Assembly: GCA_034434835.1 (NCBI GenBank)
Contig: DAOTXX010000064.1
Location: forward strand, 3,402-67,401
Direction of reading: 5' to 3'
Origin: Thermoflexales bacterium
GTDB taxonomy: Bacteria > Chloroflexota > Anaerolineae > Fen-1058
Length of the DNA stretch: 64,000 bases
The position numbers and the translations under genes are program-made. This document shows positions 8,121-17,793 of this stretch, in pieces. The notes beneath the pieces were generated by a model, which saw only the letters and a program-made list of their open reading frames with translations, was not told where the DNA came from and did no database searches. The number at the start of each line of letters is the position of its first letter. Within the stretch, counting starts at the first letter, position 1.

Positions 8121-9056
8121 TCAGACAATGACTCGAAGCTTGCGCGGCAAGATTTCCATCATGAGCGCTTTGGCGCAGGTGGCATAGATCTCGCCGTCGG
8201 CGTGAACGGCATAGCCCTCCTCGCAGCGCACGGTCACATGTTTGGCGCGCATCATGTGCACGTGAGGGTTGGTGGCTTGCGTGCCCTTCATAAAGAGCGG
8301 GATCAGCATGAACATTTCAACGCGGCGAACCTGATCGACCAGGCAGATGTCAAACAGACCATCATCCATTTCGGCTTGCGGCGTGACATAGAATCCGCCA
8401 CCGAGTCGCCGCCCATTGGAAACCGAGATCATCATCATCGGGCGCTCGATGCGCTGGTCGTCTAGTTCGACGATGGCGCGCGGCGCGCGATAATACCACA
8501 GCATCGTCTGCAGCACCGCCAACGTGTACATCAGGAACCCGCGCGCCCAACTGAGCTTGCGGCTCACAATGTTGACCGTGCCATCAAAACCGATGCCCAC
8601 ACCGTTGCCAAAGTAACGGCCGTGATCAGAATCGCCCCAGATTCGGCCCAGGTCAATCCAACGTGTCTTGCCCGTGTAAAAGTAGCGGAGGATGGCCTCG
8701 AGTGTTTTGCGATCGTGCGCGCGCGGCATGCCCAGCATCCACGCGAAATCATTCCCCGACCCGATCGGGATCAGGCCGAGCGCGGCACGGCTATTCTCGC
8801 CGTGTCCGCTCCTCATCAGGCCATTGACCACTTCTTGCGCCGTTCCATCGCCGCCCGCGGCGGCAATGATGTCATAACCTTCCTCACAGGCGCGCGTGGC
8901 CAGCTCAATAGCTTCGCCAGGCCGGGACGTCTCCACCCAACTGACCTCGCCGTTCTCGCTCAGCCATGATCGAATGTGCGGCCCCAACTCGCGGGCGTGT
9001 CCGTGATCGGCGGCCGGGTTGAAAATTACCTGGATTCGTGGCATCTTGCTCCCCAT
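8121..9056 (-). CDS. Diacylglycerol kinase catalytic-domain lipid kinase (YegS/DagK-like)
   Basis: RIQVIFNPAADHG..., IIAAAGGDGT, IPIGSGNDFA motifs. Confidence 0.8.
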   Translation of the reverse strand: MGSKMPRIQVIFNPAADHGHARELGPHIRSWLSENGEVSWVETSRPGEAIELATRACEEGYDIIAAAGGDGTAQEVVNGLMRSGHGENSRAALGLIPIGSGNDFAWMLGMPRAHDRKTLEAILRYFYTGKTRWIDLGRIWGDSDHGRYFGNGVGIGFDGTVNIVSRKLSWARGFLMYTLAVLQTMLWYYRAPRAIVELDDQRIERPMMMISVSNGRRLGGGFYVTPQAEMDDGLFDICLVDQVRRVEMFMLIPLFMKGTQATNPHVHMMRAKHVTVRCEEGYAVHADGEIYATCAKALMMEILPRKLRVIV

Positions 9057-9251
9057 CGCGGCGAGCCTTGCGAAGGCTGTATATGCGTGTAATTAAAACA
9101 CTGCAAACAGCACAAGGTAACGCTTGCCCCCCTACATAAAGCATGCTATACTCTCGCGCAATTACGTCAATCGGCGCAGTTCCTCGTTTTGACAACGTGA
9201 GCAATTTGACTACAATTATCGTCGCATCACAAGCGATTACATGGCAAAGTT

Positions 9252-9527
9252 GTGATCAGGTTAGAAGGCACTCGGCGCGAGCAATTGATTGAAGAATGGA
9301 CCACACGGCTGGAGCGATGGGGATGGATGCCTGTTGCTCCGGTCCTGTTCCAGGTGCTTCGGCCACTGGGATTTCTCGGCAGCCAGGCCGTGTTGTTCGG
9401 GCAGCCTCTCTTGACGCTGTTTGCAGACGGCCAAATGTGGTCAGAATTGTCATCGTTGCTGGATGATCAAGACGCGCTGGGTCAGATTGAGAACCGCTTG
9501 ATCGGCACAGATCACCCGGCCTCTTAG
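9252..9527 (+). CDS. Hypothetical small protein, first gene of conserved-looking operon
   Basis: ORF preceded by TTGACA-16-TACAAT promoter-like sequence (9195-9228); no recognisable motif. Confidence 0.35.
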   Translation: MIRLEGTRREQLIEEWTTRLERWGWMPVAPVLFQVLRPLGFLGSQAVLFGQPLLTLFADGQMWSELSSLLDDQDALGQIENRLIGTDHPAS

Positions 9528-9538
9528 GAGCAAGTTCA

Positions 9539-10285
9539 GTGCCAGAGCCTACACTCATTGCGGGTCTATTCATCGCTGCGGTGATAGGCGCGTTGGTCAT
9601 CGGGCGTGCCTGGGCTGCCCGTCATCCCACTGTGCGTCCGTTGCAGGGCTTTCGGGTACTGCCGGGCCAGCAGAGCCGCGCGATCGAAAGTGGGCAAAGC
9701 TTTCACATCGCGCTGGGCACTGGCAGCGTGAGCAGCAGTGACACGGCGACCACGTTGGCAGGGTTGGCCGTGTTGGAATCTCTGGCCGACGAAGCCGCCG
9801 CAACGGATACCCCTCCCACAGTGACCGTAGCAGATCCGACGACCCTCGCCCTGGCGCAAGATGTTCTCCGCCGCGCCTACATCCGTCACGGCAATCTGGC
9901 CGGTTTCGATCCGCGCTCGGTCCGCTACGTAGCGGCCTCGCCTCTGCCTTACGCAGCAGGGGTGATGGACATTCTCGCCAGCGAAGATACGTCGGCCAGC
10001 GTCATGGCCGGCGTGTTCGGCACGGAAGCCGCGTTCATTGCCGAAGAAGGCTCCAAGCAAGGATTCCTTCAGGTGGCCGGCGCGGCTGATCCCACGCCAT
10101 TGGGCGTCATGTACCCCTCGGTGAACCACCTGCTGATCGGCGAAGAGATGTTTGGCGCCGGCGCGTACATCAGCGAGCACCCCTCGCACGTGGCCAGCCT
10201 GTTGGCGCAAGATGTCGCTCGCTTGGTGCTGTTCCTGATCATTCTCGCCGCCTGGCTCGGTGGGCTGCTTGGAGGCGCCCGGTGA
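9539..10285 (+). CDS. Hypothetical protein with N-terminal TM anchor and C-terminal TM
   Basis: Hydrophobic N- and C-termini; 4-bp overlap with next gene. Confidence 0.4.
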   Translation: MPEPTLIAGLFIAAVIGALVIGRAWAARHPTVRPLQGFRVLPGQQSRAIESGQSFHIALGTGSVSSSDTATTLAGLAVLESLADEAAATDTPPTVTVADPTTLALAQDVLRRAYIRHGNLAGFDPRSVRYVAASPLPYAAGVMDILASEDTSASVMAGVFGTEAAFIAEEGSKQGFLQVAGAADPTPLGVMYPSVNHLLIGEEMFGAGAYISEHPSHVASLLAQDVARLVLFLIILAAWLGGLLGGAR

Positions 10286-10965
10286 AGCGCTACCTTCCCT
10301 CCGTCGTTGTCATGGCAGTCGGCTGGATCACATTGCTCACTTATTTCCTGCCTGGCCTGGTGTTCGTCCGGTTGCTCTTGGTCGAGGTGGCGATCATTGT
10401 GGTCGCATTGGGCATGATCCTGGGCGCCGGGAATGTGCTCTCAGTCCATCTGACCCAGGTCTCGCGCGGGCCATCCAGGTTCTTGAGTTTTGTGTTGGTG
10501 GCCAGCTTCCTGATTGTGTTCATGGTCTCTTTCATCTTTGAGGGAGGCGCGGACCTGGCAAGCAAGTTTGTGGCAGGGCGCATGGTACAAGATGCCCCCC
10601 ACATCGCGCAGCAAGGCGTCGCTGGCCCGGTGATGGTCGGCGTGTATCAATACGTCCTGATCCCGACCCAATCTGCGCTCGCGGCGCTCCTGCCGTTCCT
10701 CCTGGCTTTTGCTGCCTACCGAACGTTGCGGATACGCACTGCGGCGAGCCGCGCCGGAGCTGCCGTATTTTTGATCACAGCCATATTGGTGTTGTTGGGT
10801 CAGGTTCCACTCCTCAACTTGGGGTTTCTTGGTGATATACGCGAGTGGGTCGTGAGCGTATTGGCGATGGCCGGCATGCGTGGCATCCTGCTAGGCGTCG
10901 CTATTGGCATCACGGCGACCGCCTTGCGTGTGCTGATTGGGGCAGATCGCCCGACGAGTGACTGA
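10282..10965 (+). CDS. Polytopic integral membrane protein (about 6 TM)
   Basis: Hydropathy of translation; stop overlaps next start. Confidence 0.45.
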   Translation: MKRYLPSVVVMAVGWITLLTYFLPGLVFVRLLLVEVAIIVVALGMILGAGNVLSVHLTQVSRGPSRFLSFVLVASFLIVFMVSFIFEGGADLASKFVAGRMVQDAPHIAQQGVAGPVMVGVYQYVLIPTQSALAALLPFLLAFAAYRTLRIRTAASRAGAAVFLITAILVLLGQVPLLNLGFLGDIREWVVSVLAMAGMRGILLGVAIGITATALRVLIGADRPTSD

Positions 10966-13460
10966 TGATCACCTGTCCGAATTGCGGCGCATCGAATCCA
11001 GACCATAACCTGTTTTGTGACCGGTGTGACACCCGACTGCCTTCATCGGGTGCGTCGAGTAGCCGCCGTTGCCCGATGTGCGGCAAGGCTAACCCGCCAG
11101 GTAGCGACACGTGTGTCTCGTGCGGCGCGCGCCTGGTTCCAGTGACAGGCCCACTGGCCCAGCAACCTGCGCCGACTTTACGTCCTTCGGCAGCGGAAAC
11201 GATAGCTGCCAAGCCAACGCCACCTGCAGCCGCGCCCAAACCCGAGCCTCCGCTGGGGCCTTCCGACGACTGGCTCAGCAGCTTGCGCGGCGCGCTGCCC
11301 GAGCAGACCGCACCTGAAGAAGAGATTCCAGACTGGTTGCGCGGCGAGCCTTCCGCGCCGGTCGAAGTTGAACCGCCGGAACTCGATCTCGCGGCGCGAT
11401 TGGGTGGAGCGCAAGCCGCTCAGCCCGAAGCTCCCGACTGGCTCCAACAACTTGCGCCCAAGCCTTCCGCTCCAGCAGTTCCTGCGCCCGCGCCTGTGGA
11501 ACAAGTACCTGATTGGCTCCAGCAACTTGCGCCCACACCTCCCAAGGCGGCGCCTCCGTCTCCTGCTCCGGCGGCTCCGCCACCCGGCGACCAAGTGCCC
11601 GATTGGCTCAAGCCATTTGCTCCGGCGGCGGCGGTTGCCGCAAGTGCCCAGCCTGCGCCTGCCGCACCGCCCTCTGCAGAACCAGAGCCTCGCCGGATGT
11701 CACCCAAGCCGCCTGTGCCACCTGCTACAGCCGCGCCAACGCCAGGCGAGGCCGAGATTCCCGATTGGCTCAAGGAGCTTGCGCCGACACCGGCTCAAGC
11801 TCCATCCAAGCCTGCAGCGCCCACACCCGCGGAAGCCCAAGTTCCCGATTGGCTCAAGCCACCTGCGCCGACAGCTCCCCAACCTGCAGAAGCCGAGGTG
11901 CCCGATTGGCTCAAAGGGCTGGGGCCTACGCCGGCACCTGTCGAGGCCAAGGCTCCTCCACCTGCCTTCATCGAGCCTGCTGCTGCTCCGGTAGCCGCCG
12001 AAGCAGAGGTGCCGGATTGGCTGCGCGAACTGACCGCAACTCCTGCTGCGCCCCCACCGGCTGGCCCGGCCTTGGTCGCTGAGCAAGTGCCAACTGTCGA
12101 GACGCCGCTGTGGCTCGCCGAGATCAGCGCTCAACCAACCCCGGCAGAAGCTCAGATCGAGTCCCCGGAGTGGCTGAAGGAACTGCAGGTGCAGGCTCCA
12201 ACAGAACTACCTGTGGCCCCGGTTCAGGTTCCTGCACTTGCCGAAGAAGCGCCCGCCGAGGCTGCCGAGGAGTTGCCGGACTGGCTGAAGGAACTGGGGC
12301 CAGCAGGCGCGCCTGCCGCTCGGGCGCCGGTGTTCACTGGGCCGCCTGCTCCGACTCCGGCCCTGCAGCCTGAAGCCATTGGCCTGACGACTGCCCCACT
12401 TCCGGCGTGGCTGCAAAAGCTTGCGCCCCGCGAGGTGGCCCCAGAGGCAGAGAAAGAACCCGCTGAAACTGAGGGCCTATTGGCCGGGGTGCATGGCCCA
12501 TTGCCAGCAGCGCCCATCATCACGCAAAAGGCGACCGGCGAGCGCCGCCCGATGCGTCCTGAAATTCCCGCCGCCGATCTGTCGCGCGCGGGGACGCTGC
12601 AAGAACTGCTTGCGCGTGGCCCAGCCCGGGTTGTCCGTCGCGAGGTCCAAAGCCGCGCGCAAAGGCTGTGGTTCAACACGCAACGCTGGTTCATCTTTCT
12701 GGTCATCCTGGCAGTCGCCCTCATCCCACTCTTGCAACCAGATTGGGCAGTGATATTGGTGAGGGCACCGCTGTTCAAACCTGCCACCAACCATGTGTTC
12801 CAGAGCATCCAGGCCCTCAAGCCGGATGCGACGGTCTTGGTGTCGTTCGACTATGACGCGAGCCAGGCCCCCGAGATGGACACCCAAGCGCGCGTGCTGT
12901 TGCGCCACCTGGCAGCGCGCAAGGCGCGCGTCAATGTGGTCAGCTTGTATCCCACCGGCCCGGCTGTGGCAGAAGCGGTCATCCATCAGGTCAACCAGAC
13001 GCTCACGGTCACCGAGCGGGTCAATATAGCCAGCCTCAAGTACGTGCCTGGCCAGGATATGGCAGTGGCCTTTATATCGGGCGACGTGCTCACGTCGTCG
13101 TTGGTTATTGAACTGGCCGCCACCCCCGAAACCTTGCGCTGGTGGGTCGAGCAGACGTCGGCGCTCCGGGAACCGCCAGTTTCCCAGCAGCCCCCGCCGC
13201 TGTTGGCGGGCGTCAGCGCTGCAGCCGAGCCAATGTCTCAGCCGTACTATCAGAGCGAACAGATCAAAGGCATGTTGGCTGGCGTCCCCGATGCCACAGC
13301 CTACCGGCTCAAGCTTCGTGAGGTGGTCAAGGACGATCAGACGCCATTGCCCAGTGTGCTCGCGCCGCTGGCGTCCATCGGTCTTGCCAACGGGGCGCTC
13401 GTGTTGTTGATCCTGATCGGCGGCCTGGTCCAACTCGCTACAGGAGGCAGACGCAGATGA
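10965..13460 (+). CDS. Double zinc-ribbon protein with about 13 proline-rich PDWL(K/R/Q)xLAP repeats, TM helix, extracytoplasmic domain and C-terminal TM
   Basis: N-terminal CPNCG...CDRCD...CPMCG...CVSCG; repeated (E/Q)(V/I)PDWL motif; two hydrophobic segments bracket a ~250-aa domain. Confidence 0.6.
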   Translation: MITCPNCGASNPDHNLFCDRCDTRLPSSGASSSRRCPMCGKANPPGSDTCVSCGARLVPVTGPLAQQPAPTLRPSAAETIAAKPTPPAAAPKPEPPLGPSDDWLSSLRGALPEQTAPEEEIPDWLRGEPSAPVEVEPPELDLAARLGGAQAAQPEAPDWLQQLAPKPSAPAVPAPAPVEQVPDWLQQLAPTPPKAAPPSPAPAAPPPGDQVPDWLKPFAPAAAVAASAQPAPAAPPSAEPEPRRMSPKPPVPPATAAPTPGEAEIPDWLKELAPTPAQAPSKPAAPTPAEAQVPDWLKPPAPTAPQPAEAEVPDWLKGLGPTPAPVEAKAPPPAFIEPAAAPVAAEAEVPDWLRELTATPAAPPPAGPALVAEQVPTVETPLWLAEISAQPTPAEAQIESPEWLKELQVQAPTELPVAPVQVPALAEEAPAEAAEELPDWLKELGPAGAPAARAPVFTGPPAPTPALQPEAIGLTTAPLPAWLQKLAPREVAPEAEKEPAETEGLLAGVHGPLPAAPIITQKATGERRPMRPEIPAADLSRAGTLQELLARGPARVVRREVQSRAQRLWFNTQRWFIFLVILAVALIPLLQPDWAVILVRAPLFKPATNHVFQSIQALKPDATVLVSFDYDASQAPEMDTQARVLLRHLAARKARVNVVSLYPTGPAVAEAVIHQVNQTLTVTERVNIASLKYVPGQDMAVAFISGDVLTSSLVIELAATPETLRWWVEQTSALREPPVSQQPPPLLAGVSAAAEPMSQPYYQSEQIKGMLAGVPDATAYRLKLREVVKDDQTPLPSVLAPLASIGLANGALVLLILIGGLVQLATGGRRR
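11260..12420 (+). repeat. Degenerate tandem coding repeats (GTNCCNGATTGGCTNAAG... units) inside 10965-13460
   Basis: Recurrent CCCGATTGGCTCAAG/CCGGACTGGCTGAAG at irregular 60-120 bp spacing. Confidence 0.6.
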
Positions 13461-14200
13461 TCCCGCCCATTGACGTGATCACGACGACCGTCGCTGCGCT
13501 GCTGACGTTGTTTGTATTCGGCTATTTGTTGGGCGACTTGCCTGGTCTTGGCGCGCTGTTCAAGTTCTTGTATCGCCTGGCGATGCACGTCCTCATCGGC
13601 GCAGGTGTGGCGTACGCGTTTGCTGTTGCCATGTGGAGCATTATCTTTCAACGCGTTGCGGTGCGCCTGGTGCAATTCGCCGCCGAGTTCACACGAGTCG
13701 GCTTTCAGATTTCGCAAGTCAGCCCGGAAGGTTGGTTCAACTTGAGCGTCCCTGCTGTGGGCGTTGTGCTGGGCGGACTGTTGCTTTTCAAGCTCAGCCG
13801 CAGCACAGCCTGGTTGGGCAATCTTGCCACCAGCTATCTGGTCGGCGTGGGATTGGCAGTCGCCCTGGGCGGCGCGCTGATCGGAACCCTGTTCGCGCAG
13901 ATCAGGGCGACCAGTCAGGCCGGGATCACGTTCACTTTATTGGACCCCCTGATCGTGTTAGTGGGCACACTGACGGCGCTGGTCGCCTTTACTTTTACGG
14001 CCACCGCACGCCGGGGCGTGCTGGGAGTGGTGTCGCGTGGTGTGCAGGGTGTCGGGGTTCTGGGGCGGCTCTTTGTGTATCTTGCGCTCGGCGCGGCGTT
14101 TGCCGGAGCCTATGCAGCCAGTGTGGCCGTGCTCGTGGGGCGGCTGCAGTTCTTGATCGAGGCGCTCGAGACGATAGTGGGATACTTTTTAGGTGGCTAG
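13457..14200 (+). CDS. Polytopic integral membrane protein
   Basis: About 7 hydrophobic helices; overlaps previous stop. Confidence 0.45.
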   Translation: MIPPIDVITTTVAALLTLFVFGYLLGDLPGLGALFKFLYRLAMHVLIGAGVAYAFAVAMWSIIFQRVAVRLVQFAAEFTRVGFQISQVSPEGWFNLSVPAVGVVLGGLLLFKLSRSTAWLGNLATSYLVGVGLAVALGGALIGTLFAQIRATSQAGITFTLLDPLIVLVGTLTALVAFTFTATARRGVLGVVSRGVQGVGVLGRLFVYLALGAAFAGAYAASVAVLVGRLQFLIEALETIVGYFLGG

Positions 14201-14203
14201 CCA

Positions 14204-15976
14204 TTGGAAGAAACGCGCGTCGAATCCATCTTAGCCATTGATATTGGCTCGGTGCTGACCAAGACGACGCTCATTGCGCGCGTCGAAGGCACGTATCGCT
14301 TTGTCGGTCGCGCCGAAGCGCCCTCGACGGTTGAATCGCCGTGGTTGGACATGATCGCTGGAGTGGACCACGCGCTGACGCAGCTTTCGGCCATCACACG
14401 GCGAACCGTGCTCGACGATCACGGACGGCTGATCACGCCGGAGCGCGAAGATGGCAAAGGCGTAGATGTGTGCGTGATCACCGTCAGCGCCGCCGAGCCG
14501 CTCCGGCTGGTGCTGATCGGGCTTTCGGCAGATCTGTCGGTGGCGAGTCTTCAACGTGCGGCACATAGCACCTATACCCAGGTGATTGATGTGCTGACGC
14601 GTTCCGGCAGCCTGGATGGACGCGTCGCCAAGCGGCTGACTGAGGAAGATCGCGTCCGGCGCATCTACCGCGCGCGGCCTGACGCAGTGTGCGTCGTCGG
14701 CGGAACAGATGGCGGCGCCAAAGTGCCCGTGATCGAATTGGTGGAAAGTGCGGCGCTGGCGGCCTCGTTGTTAGGCGAGGCGCGCCGTCCGCGCATCCTG
14801 TTTGCAGGCAACGCCAGCCTGCGCTCCAAAGTCGCCGAAAGTGTTGGCGCCGAAGCCGAACTCCACGTGGTGGATAACGTTCGCCCAGGTGTAGACGTGG
14901 AAAACATTGGGCCGACGCTGATTGAACTGGAAGCGATGTACCAGGCCATCAAGGTCAGGCGACTGCCAGGCTTTGACTCGCTGCGCACGTGGTCATCGCT
15001 GCCGGTGTTGCCCACTTCACACGCCCTCGCCACCGTGATTCAATACCTCAGCCTGGAAGACACGCGCAAGGGCGCGCTCGGCGTAGATGTGGGCGCTTCT
15101 TCAACGACGATTGCAGCAGCGCGCGCCGGGCAGGTGCAGCTCCATGTCCGCACCGATCTGGGCACAGCGCTCGGCGCGCGGGGCGTGCTCAAAGCGCGCG
15201 GCGAAGAGACCCTCGCGCGCTGGCTGCCCTTTGAGGCCAAGCCCGGCGAGATCGAAGCGGTGGTGACACAAAAGGAAATGTACCCAGCTTCGGTGCCGCA
15301 AGGGCAGAACGAGTTGCTCATCGAGCAGGCTATCGCGCGCGAGGCGTTGCGCCTGGCGCTGGCTCAAGCGCGAAGCGCCTGGCCGTTTGAACTGAGCGGC
15401 CCGTACCCGACACTTTTGCCATACCTCGAACCGATCATCGGCGGTGGGAGCGTCATCGGACGCGCGCCGCGTCCCGGTCAGGCTGCGCTCATGCTGCTCG
15501 ACGCGCTGGAGCCGATCGGCGTGACGACGCTCGTGCTCGATATGGGCGGCTTGTTGCCAGCCCTGGGGGCGTGCGCACTGGCGCATCCACTTTCGACAGT
15601 GCAGGCGCTCGCGACAGGCGGGCTCACGACGTTGGGCACAGTCGTCGTACCGGTGAGCTCGGGCCGCCCCCGGGCTGGTGAAACGATCCTGGACGTTCGC
15701 ATGAAGTATCAGACGGGCGGCGACCTGGGAGTCCAGGTGGCCGCGGGTTCGCTCGAAGTGCTGCCCTTGCCAATCGGCCAAAAGGCTGTGCTGGAACTGC
15801 GGCCGCGCGGTGGCATTGACATTGGGCGTGGGCGTGGGCGAGGCGGCTCGATCGAAGTGCTGGGCGGACTGGTAGGATTGATCATTGACGCGCGAGGACG
15901 CCCGCTGCTCTTGCCAGCCGATCCGGGCAAGCGCCGCGAGCGCATTCAACAGTGGCTATGGGATGTGGGAGCGTAA
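14204..15976 (+). CDS. Actin-fold (ASKHA) ATPase resembling glutamate-mutase accessory protein GlmL/MutL and EutA
   Basis: Duplicated phosphate-1-like motifs LAIDIGSVLTKT and LGVDVGASSTT in N- and C-halves, VVGGTDGG adenosine-like motif; TTG start. Confidence 0.5.
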   Translation: MEETRVESILAIDIGSVLTKTTLIARVEGTYRFVGRAEAPSTVESPWLDMIAGVDHALTQLSAITRRTVLDDHGRLITPEREDGKGVDVCVITVSAAEPLRLVLIGLSADLSVASLQRAAHSTYTQVIDVLTRSGSLDGRVAKRLTEEDRVRRIYRARPDAVCVVGGTDGGAKVPVIELVESAALAASLLGEARRPRILFAGNASLRSKVAESVGAEAELHVVDNVRPGVDVENIGPTLIELEAMYQAIKVRRLPGFDSLRTWSSLPVLPTSHALATVIQYLSLEDTRKGALGVDVGASSTTIAAARAGQVQLHVRTDLGTALGARGVLKARGEETLARWLPFEAKPGEIEAVVTQKEMYPASVPQGQNELLIEQAIAREALRLALAQARSAWPFELSGPYPTLLPYLEPIIGGGSVIGRAPRPGQAALMLLDALEPIGVTTLVLDMGGLLPALGACALAHPLSTVQALATGGLTTLGTVVVPVSSGRPRAGETILDVRMKYQTGGDLGVQVAAGSLEVLPLPIGQKAVLELRPRGGIDIGRGRGRGGSIEVLGGLVGLIIDARGRPLLLPADPGKRRERIQQWLWDVGA

Positions 15977-16020
15977 TACGCTAGTAGATCATGTTGCGTC
16001 TTACGTCTGACGTTTGAAGC

Positions 16021-17103
16021 ATGGATGACGAATCAGTAGGATTCTATTCATACGAGGCGCACGTCATGCCGCTGACCATGATCCGGCGTGAGCGGCGTCT
16101 GCCGATGCCGGGCGAAGTGATGGTCCGCCCCGGCGAGCGCGTTGAGCCGACGCAAGTTGTGGCGCGCGTTCACCAGACACAAGACTTTCGCATTATGGAC
16201 GTTGCGCGTGCCTTGCGTGTGCCACGCTCGCAGGTCAAGCGGTTCATGCTCAAAGAGGTCGGCGCGACCGTCGAAGTCAACCAACCCCTGGCGGCGCGCG
16301 GCGGGCTGTTTCGCCGGATCGTCCGCGCGCCGGCCAAGGGCGCGATCGTCGCCGTCGGCAATGGGCGGGTGCTGCTCGAAGTCGAGCCAGAGTTGGTCGA
16401 AGTGCGCGCTAACCTCACGGGCACCGTCATCGCCGTGACGCCGGGGCTGAGCGTCACGATCGAGACGCCCGGCGCGATTGTGCAGGGGATGTGGGGCTGC
16501 GGCGGCGAGGCGTTCGGCGTTTTGCGCGTCGTGGCCGAAAGGCGCGACGAGTCGCTGCGCGCCAAACATGTTGACGTGGCGTGTCACGGCGCCATCGTCA
16601 TCGGCGGCGGGACGATTGAGGCTTCGGCGTTGGAGCAGGCGCAGCAGCTCCAGGTGCGGGGGCTTATCGCTGGGAGCATGGAGGGCGAGATGCGCGCTCA
16701 GGCAGAAGCGATGCCGTTCCCCATTATCCTGACGGAAGGCTGGGGCCGTGTGCCGATGGCGGAGCCGATCTTTAACCTTCTCCAAGCCCAGACGGGCCGT
16801 GAAGCGTCCATCAGCGCCGAGACGCGCGCGCGCTTTAGTTTCAAGCGTCCCGAGATCCTCATCCCCTTGCCTACTGAAACCCGGCCCGCGCTTCCACCTC
16901 CGCCGGGCGCGCCGCTCTTTGTAGGAGCCAAAGTGCGCGTCGTGCGCCCGCCATACCTGGGTATGGTCGGCGTGGTTGCGGCGATCTCGCCTCAGGCTCA
17001 GCGTATAGCCAGTGGCGCGCGCGTGCGCGGCGTTGAGGTAGACCTGGGTGGAGATGCCGGCACCGTATTTGTGCCCTATGTCAATTTGGAGCTTTTGAGG
17101 TAA
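16021..17103 (+). CDS. Hypothetical protein (Gly/Val-rich beta-like segments)
   Basis: No recognisable catalytic motif; same strand, follows ATPase. Confidence 0.4.
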   Translation: MDDESVGFYSYEAHVMPLTMIRRERRLPMPGEVMVRPGERVEPTQVVARVHQTQDFRIMDVARALRVPRSQVKRFMLKEVGATVEVNQPLAARGGLFRRIVRAPAKGAIVAVGNGRVLLEVEPELVEVRANLTGTVIAVTPGLSVTIETPGAIVQGMWGCGGEAFGVLRVVAERRDESLRAKHVDVACHGAIVIGGGTIEASALEQAQQLQVRGLIAGSMEGEMRAQAEAMPFPIILTEGWGRVPMAEPIFNLLQAQTGREASISAETRARFSFKRPEILIPLPTETRPALPPPPGAPLFVGAKVRVVRPPYLGMVGVVAAISPQAQRIASGARVRGVEVDLGGDAGTVFVPYVNLELLR

Positions 17104-17223
17104 AATTATAGATACAGGCCGCTAGCCAGAGAGTGCTCCTCTGGAGGGCGGCTAAAATCAAGACAAACTCTATAGAACCGGCGTCGTCTGTTGTCGCGCT
17201 TTGCCCCTCAGAGGAGGAATGCA

Positions 17224-17793
17224 ATGGCAATAGAAGAAGAAGAGCCGATGGTCGGTGTGCCTGAGGAGGAAGAAGGCGCAGAGTCTTCCAATCGAATGTT
17301 CATGTTGCTGGCGCTGGGCCTGGGCGCGCTGTTCGTCGTTGGGCTGATCTGCATCGGCGCGGTGTTCTTTATGCAGCAAGGCCAGTCGAATCAGCAAAGG
17401 GCAGCACTCGCCACACAGTCGGCCAGGCAAACGGCAGCGGCTATTGCAGCCTTGCCGACGGCGACGCCACCCGCACCGACGGACACGCCGGTGCCGCCCA
17501 CACCGACGTCCGTTCCACCGACCAACACGCCGGTTGTTCCCACCCCCACCCTGCCAGCCCCGACCGAAACGGTCATGCCGACTGCAGCCGGGGTAAGCAA
17601 AGCCACGGCAACCGCTGGGCCGGGGACCAAAGTGGCCGCCGCCACGTCCGCACCGGGCGCGGCTGCAACTGCCACCACGGAAGCGGGCAGCACTCCGCAG
17701 ACAGGCGTGGGCGGCGTTGAGATGGTCTTGGCGGCAGGGGCTTTGTTGGTAGTGTTGTTTGCCGCTCGGCGGCTGCGCCTGGCACAACACTAG
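17224..17793 (+). CDS. Secreted/anchored Pro-Thr-rich protein with C-terminal sorting-signal-like tail
   Basis: RBS GAGGAGG 7 nt before ATG; N-terminal TM/signal; PT-rich; C-terminal TPQTG + hydrophobic stretch + RRLRLAQH. Confidence 0.5.
   Translation: MAIEEEEPMVGVPEEEEGAESSNRMFMLLALGLGALFVVGLICIGAVFFMQQGQSNQQRAALATQSARQTAAAIAALPTATPPAPTDTPVPPTPTSVPPTNTPVVPTPTLPAPTETVMPTAAGVSKATATAGPGTKVAAATSAPGAAATATTEAGSTPQTGVGGVEMVLAAGALLVVLFAARRLRLAQH

Noticed and set aside
11260-12420. Possible CRISPR or intergenic tandem repeats
   Set aside because: Repeats are in-frame coding repeats of the PDWL protein.
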